A stretch of DNA of 32,342 nucleotides from Tannerella sp. (GCA_031271245.1 JAISWC010000177.1:1-32342), one strand, 5' to 3'; counted from the stretch's first letter, positions 9,918-19,745 are shown. Notes: a model not told the origin generated them from the sequence alone. Numbers and translations: made by a program.

Positions 9918-9979
9918 TTTAAACACGGAGGACACAGAGGAGAAAAAATCTTTGTGCCCTACGTGTCTCCGTGTTTAAA
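9918..9979. repeat. Palindromic REP-like element / hairpin
   Basis: 13-bp perfect arms tttaaacacggag (9918-9930) and ctccgtgtttaaa (9967-9979), with further imperfect inner pairing (gacacagag / ctttgtgcc). Confidence 0.75.
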
Positions 9980-10120
9980 GTCGCACGACGCGAACAGAGA
10001 CGCCGCGGCAATGACCGTTGCCGGCACCGCGAACCTTATCGCATTCCGAAAGTGATTGCGGGGGCGAACGTTCGCCCCCATATCCGCAAGTTTGTTTTTA
10101 TGAGTCTGTATTTCCTTCAT
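9959..10120 (-). pseudogene. Truncated lipoprotein: signal peptide plus 8 residues
   Basis: MKEIQTHKNKLADMGANVRPRNHFRNAIRFAVPATVIAAASLFASC-DFKHGDT*; lipobox FASC, and the ORF ends inside the 9918-9979 palindrome. Confidence 0.55.
10060..10079. repeat. Perfect 20-bp palindrome (REP-like GGGGCGAA..TTCGCCCC core)
   Basis: gggggcgaac|gttcgccccc, no spacer. Confidence 0.8.
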
Positions 10121-10229
10121 ATCAATGTTCTTGGGTAAATAACGTTTTTTGCTCATGTCTTTCATCTTTTAAGTTATTAAAATAGAGTAGTTTATTATTT
10201 ATTTGAATAGATAGTTGCACGATAATTCC

Positions 10230-10502
10230 GCATCGGGGCGCAATGATTTTGCATCGAGGCAAAATAGTTTTGCATCGAGGCGCGATGATTCTGCATCGAG
10301 GCAAAATAATTCTGCACCGAGGCGCAATGATTCTGCATCGGGGCAAAATCATTCCGCATCGAGGCGTGATGATTCTGCATCGAGGCAAAATCATTCTGCA
10401 CCGAGGCGCAATGATTCTGCATCGAGGCAAAATGATTTTGCATCGGGGCGCGATGATTCTGCATCGAGGCAAAATCATTCTGCACCGGGGCGCGATGACC
10501 GG
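10230..10502. repeat. Tandem array of 13 x 21-bp units with strict A/B alternation (42-bp higher order)
   Basis: Units gcatcgaggcgcgatgattct / gcatcgaggcaaaatcattct starting at 10230, 10251, 10272 ... 10482; partial unit at 10217-10229. Confidence 0.97.
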
Positions 10503-10737
10503 CGCCCAATGCTCCGGCACACGTGACGCCAACGTTTGGCGCCGGCGGTACATAAAATCCGGTACGGGGAAAAAAATGATTAATGAAGGATGCACATAAC
10601 GAACCTGAAGGGCGAAATCCCACTCTAAATCACTGAAAAATAGATATTTGCCCTCCGCCCCTTAACATTCCCAAACGTTTGATGACGTTTTTGGTCCATA
10701 TGGTTCGGCATTGGGCTGTAATATTTTTAATCCGGGA

Positions 10738-10745
10738 CAAAAGTA
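10738..10745 (-). promoter_or_regulatory. -7 promoter box TACTTTTG pointing into the 21-bp array
   Basis: Plus-strand caaaagta, reverse complement matches TAnnTTTG. Confidence 0.5.
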
Positions 10746-10974
10746 TTTATTTTCCGGAATAAAAAAAGTGCCATGCGAGTCAAAAAACACAAAAAAACGG
10801 GCGGACGCTTTTCATTGGGCGGGATTGCCTGTTTTTGTCAGAGTGCAAAGAAATGACGTTCCGGAGGACTTTTGTGACAGCCTCCGAACGGAAAAATCCT
10901 GAATTTCCTTTCCTGCAATATGAAACGTGATAAAATCGTACGCGCCCTGTAACCCATTCGTAATCGCGCGAAAC

Positions 10975-10982
10975 TACTTTTG
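10975..10982 (+). promoter_or_regulatory. -7 promoter box TACTTTTG upstream of the FecR-SusC locus
   Basis: Exact TAnnTTTG match in the intergenic region. Confidence 0.55.
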
Positions 10983-11059
10983 CGGCGTCTATCGAAAAAC
11001 AACTGCTTTTCCATTTAGGAATTTCAGCGGTTGAGTTGTCTATTAAGGCAAATACAAGT

Positions 11060-11095
11060 ATGGACAACGAATTATTGCAACGATACGTAGTGTGA
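11060..11095 (+). pseudogene. 11-codon stub resembling the N-terminus of a Bacteroidales FecR anti-sigma factor
   Basis: MDNELLQRYVV*, preceded by taggaatttcagcggttgagttgtctatta, which resembles the motif before the intact FecR (taggggatttatgttttttctgcgacatata). Confidence 0.45.
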
Positions 11096-11242
11096 GTGGA
11101 ATGCTATTCGTAACAGCTATTTTAACTTCCGGGTTCCGGAAGGATGCAATCCGGAACGGATTCCGCTTACCTGCAAAAAAAAACGGAGGCCGTATAGGGG
11201 ATTTATGTTTTTTCTGCGACATATAGAGTAGAATCGGAAAAT

Positions 11243-12244
11243 ATGGAAAGAGACATCAGTCATATGATCGCCCGCGTACTGGGCGGCACAGCTTCGCCGG
11301 ACGACGTCCTGCTGCTGAGCCGCTGGCTGAACGAACGGGAAGAAAACGAAAAGACCTTCGTCCGCATCAGAAGCTACTGGACGGCCAAAGTGAGCAGTTG
11401 CGACGCGGTCGACCCCAACCTCGCAATGGAGAAAATCATGCGGCGTATCGCCGAACAGGATGCACTCCGCCTCCGCCGCACCTTCCGGCGAATATGCATC
11501 TCGGCTGCAGCGGCCGTCATCCTCGCGATCGTCGTTTCCACCCTCACCCTCTTTTACGCCGGTTCGCACCGTGGCGGACAGACCGTACACAACTACTATA
11601 CGCGCCTGACGGACAATCACCGGTCTGTCTTCACGCTGGACGACGGGACGAAAATCACGCTGAACAAAAACAGTCGCCTGACCTGGTCCGACGGATACGG
11701 ACAGACCGAACGCCGCGTGAAAATCGACGGCGAAGCCTTCTTCGAAGTCACGCACAATCCGGAGCTGCCCTTCGAGGTCGCCTTTGAAATGGAAAACAGC
11801 GGCGACGCCTTTATCAAAGTGCTGGGCACCACGTTCAGCGTCCGGGCGGACGCAACGGCCGAAAAAATTGTCGCCACCCTGGTCGAAGGCTCCATCTGTT
11901 TCGACGTGCAGGGAAAGGAAATCGCCCTGAAACCCGAACAGCAACTGGAGTTCGCCGTCGCCGGAAAGAAGGTAAACATCCGGCGCGTCGACCTCGAAAC
12001 GGAAACCGCATGGAAAGACGGACTGCTGAAATACAAAGCCGTCTCCTTTGCCAAACTCGTCGAAGAACTGAGCCAAATCCATGACGTGGAAATACAGGTC
12101 ACGAACAAAAAACTGACGAATCCGTCCGTCACGGTTTCCGGCACGTTTGAAGACGGGCAGTCGATCGAACAGATCTTTGCCGTCATTGCAAGAAGCCTCC
12201 CCTTCCAATGGGCGAAAAAAGACGGCATCTACTATGTGCGTTAA
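11243..12244 (+). CDS. FecR family anti-sigma factor
   Basis: N-terminal 'RWLNEREENEKTF', one TM helix, TLDDGTKITLNKNSRL, RRVKIDGEAFFEVTHNPELPF, KVLGTTFSV, AWKDG. Confidence 0.93.
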   Translation: MERDISHMIARVLGGTASPDDVLLLSRWLNEREENEKTFVRIRSYWTAKVSSCDAVDPNLAMEKIMRRIAEQDALRLRRTFRRICISAAAAVILAIVVSTLTLFYAGSHRGGQTVHNYYTRLTDNHRSVFTLDDGTKITLNKNSRLTWSDGYGQTERRVKIDGEAFFEVTHNPELPFEVAFEMENSGDAFIKVLGTTFSVRADATAEKIVATLVEGSICFDVQGKEIALKPEQQLEFAVAGKKVNIRRVDLETETAWKDGLLKYKAVSFAKLVEELSQIHDVEIQVTNKKLTNPSVTVSGTFEDGQSIEQIFAVIARSLPFQWAKKDGIYYVR

Positions 12245-12344
12245 GACAGTAAGATACATTCAAATAACCCAACCAAACGGAAGCAGAGATGAAAATAAAG
12301 TTTTTTTACAGACCGTGTAACGAACCGAAAAGAACAAACAAAAA

Positions 12345-12365
12345 CCGTCCGGATATGACGGATGG
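12345..12365 (+). promoter_or_regulatory. Short hairpin in FecR-SusC spacer
   Basis: ccgtccg-gatatga-cggatgg after an A-run, upstream of the SusC start. Confidence 0.35.
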
Positions 12366-12399
12366 GAATATAACTATTTACTTTTTAATTATGTGATAC

Positions 12400-15300
12400 A
12401 TGAAGAAAAATTTTTTTGTTATGAAACTCATTGGCATGATGCTTTGCATGGCGTGCATTCAGGCCCATGCCGACGAGTCGTATGCCCGGACTGCAAAAGT
12501 CTCGGTGAAAGTCAGTCATGCGCCTCTCGTCAAAATCTTTTCACTGATCGAGGAACAGAGTCAATACCTCTTTTTCTATGTGGATGCGGATGTCGAGCAT
12601 GTGAAAGCGAGCGTGAACGTCCGCAAAAAAAGCATTCACGACGTACTGGAGCAGGTACTGCAAAACACGGACCTGACCTACGCCATCCATGACCGGAACG
12701 TGAACATCCTGCGCCGGGAGCTGACCGTAACGGCCGTACAGCAGCAGGCAAGGCGGGTAACGGGCGTGGTGACCGACGCCGCAACCGGCGAACCCGTCAC
12801 CGGCGCCAGCATCGTTGAAAAGGGAACAACCAACGGTACGGCTTCCGGCATCAACGGCGACTTCTCGCTGGAGGTGAAACCTGATGCCGTGCTGAAAATT
12901 TCCTTTATCGGCTACGTGGAACAGGAAGTGAAAGTGACCGGCAACGCGCCCTTGCAGATCGCCCTGCAGGAAGACGTCCGGCTGATCGACGAAGTCGTTG
13001 TCACGGCTTTGGGTATCAAGCGCCAGGAGAAAGCGCTGGGATACGCCGTACAGACGGTCAAGTCCGACGTCATCACCACGCAGAAATCCGCGTTCATGGT
13101 CAGTGCGCTGACCGGAAAAATGGCCGGCGTCAAGGTCAGTACCGGAACGGAAATCCGGAACGGCGTAGGCATCAGCGTGCGCGGTGAAGGAGCGCTGGTC
13201 GTAATCGACGGTGTACCGCACGGCGACATTCATACGATTGCGCCCGAAGACGTCGAAGCCATTACCGTGCTCAAAGGCCCGACTGCCACGGCCATGTACG
13301 GCTCCGGCGGCGGCAACGGCGCCATCATGATTACTACCAAACGCGGCGAAACGGAAGGGCTACAGGTATCGGCCAGTAGCAGCAACACCTTCGAAGCCGG
13401 ATGGCTGGCTTTCCCCACCACGCAGACGTCGTACAGTACGGGCGTAAACGGGAAATACAACCCGAACGTGATCGACCGGTGGGGCGACAAACTCGACATC
13501 GGACGCGAAGCCCTGCAGTACGACCCCTATACCTACACATGGAACATGCAGCCGCTCGTATCCAAAGGGAAGAATAATCTGAGGAACTTTATGGTAAATC
13601 CCTGGGTGACGAACGATAATATCAATGTGGCGTACAGGGGGAAAAATACCTCGTTCCGAAATTCGCTCACCTACGTCCACCGTCAGACCAACTGGCCGAA
13701 CAACAAGGACGACCGGTTTCTGTACAGCATTGCAGGCGACATGAAGGTCGGCCGGTTCACCCTCGACGCTTCCGCCTCGATCGGACGCTATTACACCCCG
13801 CAGGAATTTGGCATCAGCGGCTGGAACATCGGCTATTTCCACCTGCTGAACAACCGCTACGGCGCCGAGTTCGACATCCGCGACTACCGCCAGGTGTGGG
13901 TGACCGGGCAGGAAAATATCACGCAAAACTGGTGGAATTCGTACAGCAACAACCCCTATTTTATTGCTTACGAAATGACCAGCAGCAACGCATCGACCCG
14001 ATATTTTGCCCAGTCCAACGCTACTTACGAGATTGCTTCCTGGCTCAAGGCCGACGTCAGGGTAGGCGCCGATGTGAACAGCTACGAGAAGGAGACCATC
14101 ATTCCCTGGGGCGATACGCGAGCAGAAAGTTTCTATGAAATGGGGCGCAGCCGCTATTGGAACTTCAACGCGCAGGCTTTGCTTAATTTCGACAAGACCG
14201 TCAGCGAATTTCGCATCGAAGGATTTGCAGGAGCATCCACGGGGCAGAGCGACAGGGATGGCCTGTATGCGGCCACTTCGGGCGGGCTGAGCGTCCCCGG
14301 ATTCTATTCCTTGAAAGCCTCCAACGGGCCGGTACGTGTCGGATTCCATTCGATGGCTTACTGGTATGAAGAAATCGACAACGATTACTCAAGAAGCACC
14401 GGCAAAAAACAAAGTCTGTTCGGCAAGGCAGGCATTTCGTGGAGAAACGCCATCTTCCTCGAAGGCACCGCCCGCAACGACTGGGTGTCGGCGCTTTCCG
14501 CCGCCGAACGTTCGTTTTTCTATCCCTCGGTGGCCGGAAGCATTTCCCTGACCGAATTTCTGCCCAAAATCAAGTGGCTCGATTTCTGGAAACTGAGAGG
14601 GTCGTGGACGCAAACCAAGTCGCCCCCCGGCGTATATGCGATCAATCAGACGTATGCGTTTAACAACAATGTCTGGGACAACATGCCCGGCGCCAGCTAT
14701 CCCGGCACCATCCGTTCGGCCACCTTGCAGCCAAGCGCCACCCGAACCTGGGAAGCGGGTACCGCTGCCTGGTTCCTGGACAGCCGGCTGAAGGTAGACT
14801 TCGCCTACTACGAAAAGCTGTACTACAACATGCAGGTGGACGCGCCCGTTTCGATTACTTCCGGATTCGAAAACGCCAAAATCAACAGCGGGGAAGAACG
14901 GATTCGCAAGGGAGTGGAACTGACCCTGACGGGCGATATCGTCAAAACCCGGGACTTCACCTGGACCTCCGCCGTCAACCTCGACCACTACGCATACAAG
15001 TATGCGAAACTGGATCCTGTGTACTCCTCGAAAGACCCGTGGATCACGGAGGGCGCATACGTCAACCAGCAAATCTGGGCGCGAAAAGAACGCTTCGAAG
15101 GGGAAATCATCCATCAGAACGGTCTGCCGGTCACACTGGGATACCGCCAGTCGTATGGACATTCCGATCCCGACATGGGCTGGGGATGGACGAACCAGTT
15201 GCGTTATAAAAATGTGGTGTTTGGATTCCAGTTCGACGGCGTGGTCGGCGGTGTGTTCTTCAACCGGATTCACGACTACATGTGGGACGCCGGCGCTCAT

Positions 15301-15735
15301 CCCGGAAGCGACAACGAATACCGCTACGACGAAGTAGTGAACGGTTTGACCAACTATGTGGGCGAAGGTCTGAAAATCGTATATGGTGCAGCCAAGTACG
15401 ACCAGTACGGGAATATTCTCGAAGACACCCGCGTGTTTGCCATCAACAACGTCCCCGTATCTTATCAGGCTTATATAATAGGCTATTACGATTATGAAGA
15501 AGACATGCGGGCGCTGGACTGGTTCAAACTCCGCGAGGTGAATATCGGATACGTGCTTCCCAAGACACTTGCCGAGAAAATACACACTTCGAGGGTCGAA
15601 GTATCCGTCGTGGGGCAGAACATCTATCTCTGGACGAAGGAAGCCTGGGGCGCCGATCCGGAATGGAATCCCGGACTGTCGTTGCAGCCTCCTACGCCGC
15701 GCCAGATCGGATTTAATATAAAAATTGATTTTTGA
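12400..15735 (+). CDS. susC: SusC/RagA family TonB-dependent transducer with N-terminal STN signalling domain
   Basis: STN-like IEEQSQYLFFY, CarboxypepD-like VTGVVTDAATGEPVTGASIVEKGTTNGT, plug EVVVTALGIKR...VLKGPTATAMYGS...IMITTKRG, C-terminal F. Confidence 0.95.
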   Translation: MKKNFFVMKLIGMMLCMACIQAHADESYARTAKVSVKVSHAPLVKIFSLIEEQSQYLFFYVDADVEHVKASVNVRKKSIHDVLEQVLQNTDLTYAIHDRNVNILRRELTVTAVQQQARRVTGVVTDAATGEPVTGASIVEKGTTNGTASGINGDFSLEVKPDAVLKISFIGYVEQEVKVTGNAPLQIALQEDVRLIDEVVVTALGIKRQEKALGYAVQTVKSDVITTQKSAFMVSALTGKMAGVKVSTGTEIRNGVGISVRGEGALVVIDGVPHGDIHTIAPEDVEAITVLKGPTATAMYGSGGGNGAIMITTKRGETEGLQVSASSSNTFEAGWLAFPTTQTSYSTGVNGKYNPNVIDRWGDKLDIGREALQYDPYTYTWNMQPLVSKGKNNLRNFMVNPWVTNDNINVAYRGKNTSFRNSLTYVHRQTNWPNNKDDRFLYSIAGDMKVGRFTLDASASIGRYYTPQEFGISGWNIGYFHLLNNRYGAEFDIRDYRQVWVTGQENITQNWWNSYSNNPYFIAYEMTSSNASTRYFAQSNATYEIASWLKADVRVGADVNSYEKETIIPWGDTRAESFYEMGRSRYWNFNAQALLNFDKTVSEFRIEGFAGASTGQSDRDGLYAATSGGLSVPGFYSLKASNGPVRVGFHSMAYWYEEIDNDYSRSTGKKQSLFGKAGISWRNAIFLEGTARNDWVSALSAAERSFFYPSVAGSISLTEFLPKIKWLDFWKLRGSWTQTKSPPGVYAINQTYAFNNNVWDNMPGASYPGTIRSATLQPSATRTWEAGTAAWFLDSRLKVDFAYYEKLYYNMQVDAPVSITSGFENAKINSGEERIRKGVELTLTGDIVKTRDFTWTSAVNLDHYAYKYAKLDPVYSSKDPWITEGAYVNQQIWARKERFEGEIIHQNGLPVTLGYRQSYGHSDPDMGWGWTNQLRYKNVVFGFQFDGVVGGVFFNRIHDYMWDAGAHPGSDNEYRYDEVVNGLTNYVGEGLKIVYGAAKYDQYGNILEDTRVFAINNVPVSYQAYIIGYYDYEEDMRALDWFKLREVNIGYVLPKTLAEKIHTSRVEVSVVGQNIYLWTKEAWGADPEWNPGLSLQPPTPRQIGFNIKIDF

Positions 15736-15757
15736 ACACGATTAACAAAGTAAGAAT

Positions 15758-17362
15758 ATGAAAAAGATAAAACTATTCGCAGGAAGAAAATCCGGGAGTT
15801 TCACCGGTTGCATACTGGCTGCATGTCTGCTGTTATGCACCTCGTGTACGGGCGATTTCGATGACATCAATACGAACCGCGACGCGCCGACCACCGCCAC
15901 CGCTTCGACGCTGGCTACCTCCATGCTGGGCAATATCATGAGATATAATCTGTCGGATCTGCACAGCGTGACGCGCTTCTTTATGGAGGATTATTTCCTG
16001 GTCAAAATGGCGGTTTACAGCGGAGAGCAGTGCGGCGTACAGTACAACAAGTTCGACGACAACTATTTCATGTACAATTTCGGCAAACGAAGCGATTACG
16101 TCGATCTGGGGTTCAGTAGCCTGCGCAACGCCGACAAAATGGTGGCGCTGACCACCGATCAGACGTATGACACCTACAAGGGCTTCGCCCTGTTCCTGAA
16201 GGCGTATCAGCTGTACTACATCACCTGTTTCTACGGCGACATCCCGTACGGCGAAGCCATCCAGGGCGAAACGCTCACGCTCACGCCCAAGTACGATACG
16301 CAGCGTGACGTGATGGCGCAGATTCTGGACGATCTCGACCTGGCCTACGGGCATTTCTCCAGGGCGACGGCGCCCCTGAGCGGCGATTTCGTCTTCGACG
16401 GGAACCTGGAGAATTGGAAGAAAGTAGTCAACTCCTTTGAACTGAACGTGCTGATCACGCTCTCGAAAAAAGAGTCCGAAGCCGGACTGCGCGTAAAGGA
16501 ACGCTTTGCAGAGATTGTCGCTTCGCGGCCCCTGTTTGCCTCCAATGCCGACAACCTCGCCCTGACGTTCATCGATCAGGGTGGAATGTACCATGCCTTG
16601 AACGAGGCACGGGGGAATCTCTATTATTTCATGTGGCTGTCCGACTACTTCGTTTCGATGCTGAAGCGATACGAAGACTGTCGCCTGTTCAGTTTCGCCA
16701 AGCCGGCCCAGCCGCTGCTCGACGAAGGCCTGACGGGCGATTCGTTCGACGCGTATACCGGCATCGACCATACCCTGCCGTTTAATGAAACGCAAACCCT
16801 TGCCGACGAAAAGCGGGGCAGTCAGCTCAACGACCGGTACATCTTCTACCGGGTCGGGGAGCCTCTTGCCAAGCTGGGCTATGCACAGATGAACTTCGTG
16901 CTGGCCGAAGGCGCCCTGCGCGGCTGGATCGGCGGCTCGGCTTCCGATTACTACAAAAAGGGAATCGAAGCCGGCCTGACATTCACCATGCAGCATACGC
17001 CGAGCCAGTACAGCAATGGCCGTCCGATTACGGCGGACTATATCCGCGAGCATCTGGAAAAGCCTGCCCTGCAACTGACCGGTTCGTTCGAGGCGGATCT
17101 GGAGAAAATCATCGAGCAGAAATACATCGCTTCTTTCCTCCAGTACCAGCGCGACACGTATCTGGATTACCGGCGCACGGGGTATCCCCGCCTGCCCATC
17201 AATCCGTCCACCTCGCTTAACCTGGTACCCGACCGTATGCAGATGCGCTTGAAGTATCCGGCCAACGAACTGTCGTACAACCGTGCCAACCTGGAAGAGG
17301 CTGTTCAGCGGCAGTTCAGCGGATTCGACGATGAGAACCAGATCATGTGGCTCCTGAAATAG
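15758..17362 (+). CDS. susD: SusD/RagB family lipoprotein
   Basis: Lipobox CTSC then TGDFDDINTN, YGDIPY, PKYDTQ, IIEQKYIA, YRRTGYP; immediately follows SusC. Confidence 0.93.
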   Translation: MKKIKLFAGRKSGSFTGCILAACLLLCTSCTGDFDDINTNRDAPTTATASTLATSMLGNIMRYNLSDLHSVTRFFMEDYFLVKMAVYSGEQCGVQYNKFDDNYFMYNFGKRSDYVDLGFSSLRNADKMVALTTDQTYDTYKGFALFLKAYQLYYITCFYGDIPYGEAIQGETLTLTPKYDTQRDVMAQILDDLDLAYGHFSRATAPLSGDFVFDGNLENWKKVVNSFELNVLITLSKKESEAGLRVKERFAEIVASRPLFASNADNLALTFIDQGGMYHALNEARGNLYYFMWLSDYFVSMLKRYEDCRLFSFAKPAQPLLDEGLTGDSFDAYTGIDHTLPFNETQTLADEKRGSQLNDRYIFYRVGEPLAKLGYAQMNFVLAEGALRGWIGGSASDYYKKGIEAGLTFTMQHTPSQYSNGRPITADYIREHLEKPALQLTGSFEADLEKIIEQKYIASFLQYQRDTYLDYRRTGYPRLPINPSTSLNLVPDRMQMRLKYPANELSYNRANLEEAVQRQFSGFDDENQIMWLLK

Positions 17363-17388
17363 TGTAGGGGAAATAATGCTTTCATCTT

Positions 17389-18402
17389 ATGAAGATAAAA
17401 ATAATAGCCGCATTTCTATTCAGCATGGTCGTCAGTACGTTTGTGACGGCGCAGCCGGCGAAGCCGGAACTGAAGTTCGGGAAAAATGGACGGTTCAAGA
17501 TCATGCAGGTGACCGATACCCATTACAATGCACTGGAAAATGCCGGAAGTACGCAGGAGTTTCTCCGCGAGGCCATCCGACTGGTGCAGCCCGACCTGAT
17601 CATGCTTACCGGCGACATCGTCGTCTCGGAGAATACCCGCCGGGGATGGCAGGAGATAGCCGGTCTGCTGACCGGGTTCAGGATTCCCTGGGCGGTGGTA
17701 TTGGGCAACCACGATTCCGAATACGAACTGACCAACAAACAGATCATCGAGCTGTTGTCGGAGTATCCGGACAACCTGACGGAAAACGGACCGGAGGATA
17801 TCACCGGGAACGGGAACTATGTTCTGCCCGTCATTTCGTCTACGCATCCGGACAGGACGGCCGCCTCGCTGTACTGTTTCGACACCCGAAAACAGCACGA
17901 ATGGATTGACTACACCCAAATGGACTGGTACCGTCAGCAAAGCCGTCGCCTCGCCGGACAGAACGGGGGAAAGCCGCTGCCTGCACTGGCGTTTTACCAC
18001 GTGCCGGTTCCCGAATACAACGAGGTGATCGGCAAACCCACTACGGTAGGTTTACAACAGGAGACGGTCTGCTGTCCGACGTCCAATTCGGGTTCTTTCG
18101 TCGCCATGTACGAGTGTGGGGACGTGATGGGCATTTTTGTCGGTCACGACCACGACAACAATTACATCGGCTGTCTGCACGGCATCTGCCTGGCCTACGG
18201 CTTCAAGTCGGGGCGGCAGAGCTACGGCAAGATCGGACGCGGTGTACGGGTGATCGAACTTTGCGAAGGTGAACGGAAATTCAATACCCATCTGCTGCAT
18301 CTCTACGACTGCAACAGGGACGAGGGTACGTGGACGCCGGTACGGCCGGCAGCCACCCTGTTTCCGGTCACCTTTCCCGATTCGTTCGCCGAAAAGAAAT
18401 GA
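17389..18402 (+). CDS. Secreted calcineurin-like metallophosphoesterase (Dcr2/PAP-like)
   Basis: Signal peptide; motifs TDTH, LTGDIV, GNHD, FYHVP, GHDHDN. Confidence 0.9.
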   Translation: MKIKIIAAFLFSMVVSTFVTAQPAKPELKFGKNGRFKIMQVTDTHYNALENAGSTQEFLREAIRLVQPDLIMLTGDIVVSENTRRGWQEIAGLLTGFRIPWAVVLGNHDSEYELTNKQIIELLSEYPDNLTENGPEDITGNGNYVLPVISSTHPDRTAASLYCFDTRKQHEWIDYTQMDWYRQQSRRLAGQNGGKPLPALAFYHVPVPEYNEVIGKPTTVGLQQETVCCPTSNSGSFVAMYECGDVMGIFVGHDHDNNYIGCLHGICLAYGFKSGRQSYGKIGRGVRVIELCEGERKFNTHLLHLYDCNRDEGTWTPVRPAATLFPVTFPDSFAEKK

Positions 18403-18452
18403 TTTCTAATAAATAATTGAATGCAGTTTTTTGAATCTAAAATAGTTGATAT

Positions 18453-19712
18453 ATGATAAAAAGAGTTTTTATATTGTGTGTGCTTGCCGTTGGCTTGCTG
18501 ATGCAAAGCTGCGAAGACAAAACGTTGACGGACCTGTCCGTCAAATATGAAAGTCTGATGCTGCCGGTGGGCGAAAGCGCGCGGATTAAAGTGACGTTTA
18601 CGCCGGAAGATGCCGACAATGTACTGCTGGTATGGTCGTCGAGCAACGAAAGCGTAGCTACCGTGAAAGACGGAGTGGTGAGCTTCGTCGGCGTCGGGAC
18701 GGCCGTCATCACCGTGAGCTGTGGAAATATCTCCAAAACAATCCATGTGGAAGGCGCCATCCGTTCGCTGAGCGTGGCCGTTCCGGAGGGGACGGAAATC
18801 CACGTGGGCGCCGAGTTTACGCTCACGACCACTCCCGATCCTGTCGATGCGCAGGTATCGGTGGTCTGGAGTTCGGACAATGAAGCGGTGGCTACCGTCA
18901 GTTCCACCGGCGAAGTGACGGTGGTGGGCAACGGTACGGCCAACATCACGGCAACCGCAGGCCCTGTGGTCGTCACTTATCCCGTCGTCTGCGAAAATCT
19001 GCTCGAATCGGCCATAGGCTACTGGGAATTCGACGATCCATCCTCCATCGGCAAGCCCATCAAAGGCAAACCGCTGGTGCCGCAAGGCGAAGGCATCAAG
19101 TGGGTAGAAGGTCCCTCGGCCGACAACCTGGCCATTGAAGTGCCTATGCACGAGTATATCATCGCCGACCTGACGAATGCCAAACCCAACGGCGGTCCCG
19201 AAAGCGAAACGCCGCAGACCGACCGGGCATACCAGTGGTCGATGATGATGGATTTCCGCCTCCCGACTGTAGGGGGTTACTATTACACCCAGCACGGAGG
19301 CGTCAACATGGGCGACGGCGACTTCTTTGTCCGTTACAGGTCCGACCAGATCGACGCAGGGAAAGGCAGCTACATTCCCATTATCGCCGGGAATCCGGCC
19401 GAACCCTACACGCCCTGGATTCGCATGGTGATCACATGCAACAACGCCGTATTCCGGATGTATTGCAACGGCGTGGAAGTGGCGAAAGAGGGCGGCGGTT
19501 ATCCCCTGGTACAGGATCTCGACGCACGTTACAGTCTTCCGGTCCGCAGTCTGCTGTATATCTTTGGCGAACCCAACGGCACCACCGCCGACGGCAAACC
19601 GAACTTTGCCGCCAGCGACGACGACAAACCGTTCCCCTGCGCCGCCATTGCCTTCTGGGACAAGACGCTGAGCGCCGGTCAGGTACAAGCCCTGGGAGGC
19701 ATTGCACACTGA
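18453..19712 (+). CDS. Surface lipoprotein with two Ig-like (Big_2) domains and a LamG/concanavalin-like C-terminus
   Basis: Lipobox MQSC; VWSSSNESVATV and VWSSDNEAVATV; IGYWEFDD...WIRMVIT...MYCNG. Confidence 0.8.
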   Translation: MIKRVFILCVLAVGLLMQSCEDKTLTDLSVKYESLMLPVGESARIKVTFTPEDADNVLLVWSSSNESVATVKDGVVSFVGVGTAVITVSCGNISKTIHVEGAIRSLSVAVPEGTEIHVGAEFTLTTTPDPVDAQVSVVWSSDNEAVATVSSTGEVTVVGNGTANITATAGPVVVTYPVVCENLLESAIGYWEFDDPSSIGKPIKGKPLVPQGEGIKWVEGPSADNLAIEVPMHEYIIADLTNAKPNGGPESETPQTDRAYQWSMMMDFRLPTVGGYYYTQHGGVNMGDGDFFVRYRSDQIDAGKGSYIPIIAGNPAEPYTPWIRMVITCNNAVFRMYCNGVEVAKEGGGYPLVQDLDARYSLPVRSLLYIFGEPNGTTADGKPNFAASDDDKPFPCAAIAFWDKTLSAGQVQALGGIAH

Positions 19713-19745
19713 TACCGGAACCGTAGCGTTTTGACATGTGAATAG

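Noticed and set aside
10230-10502. CRISPR array interpretation of array A (and of array B at 27136-27366)
   Set aside because: Units abut directly with no unique spacers, the period is only 21 bp, and there are no cas genes in the window.
9836-11242. Intact mobile element or invertible promoter in this spacer
   Set aside because: No transposase or recombinase ORF, no clear target-site duplication, and no long IR pair flanking a promoter was found by eye.
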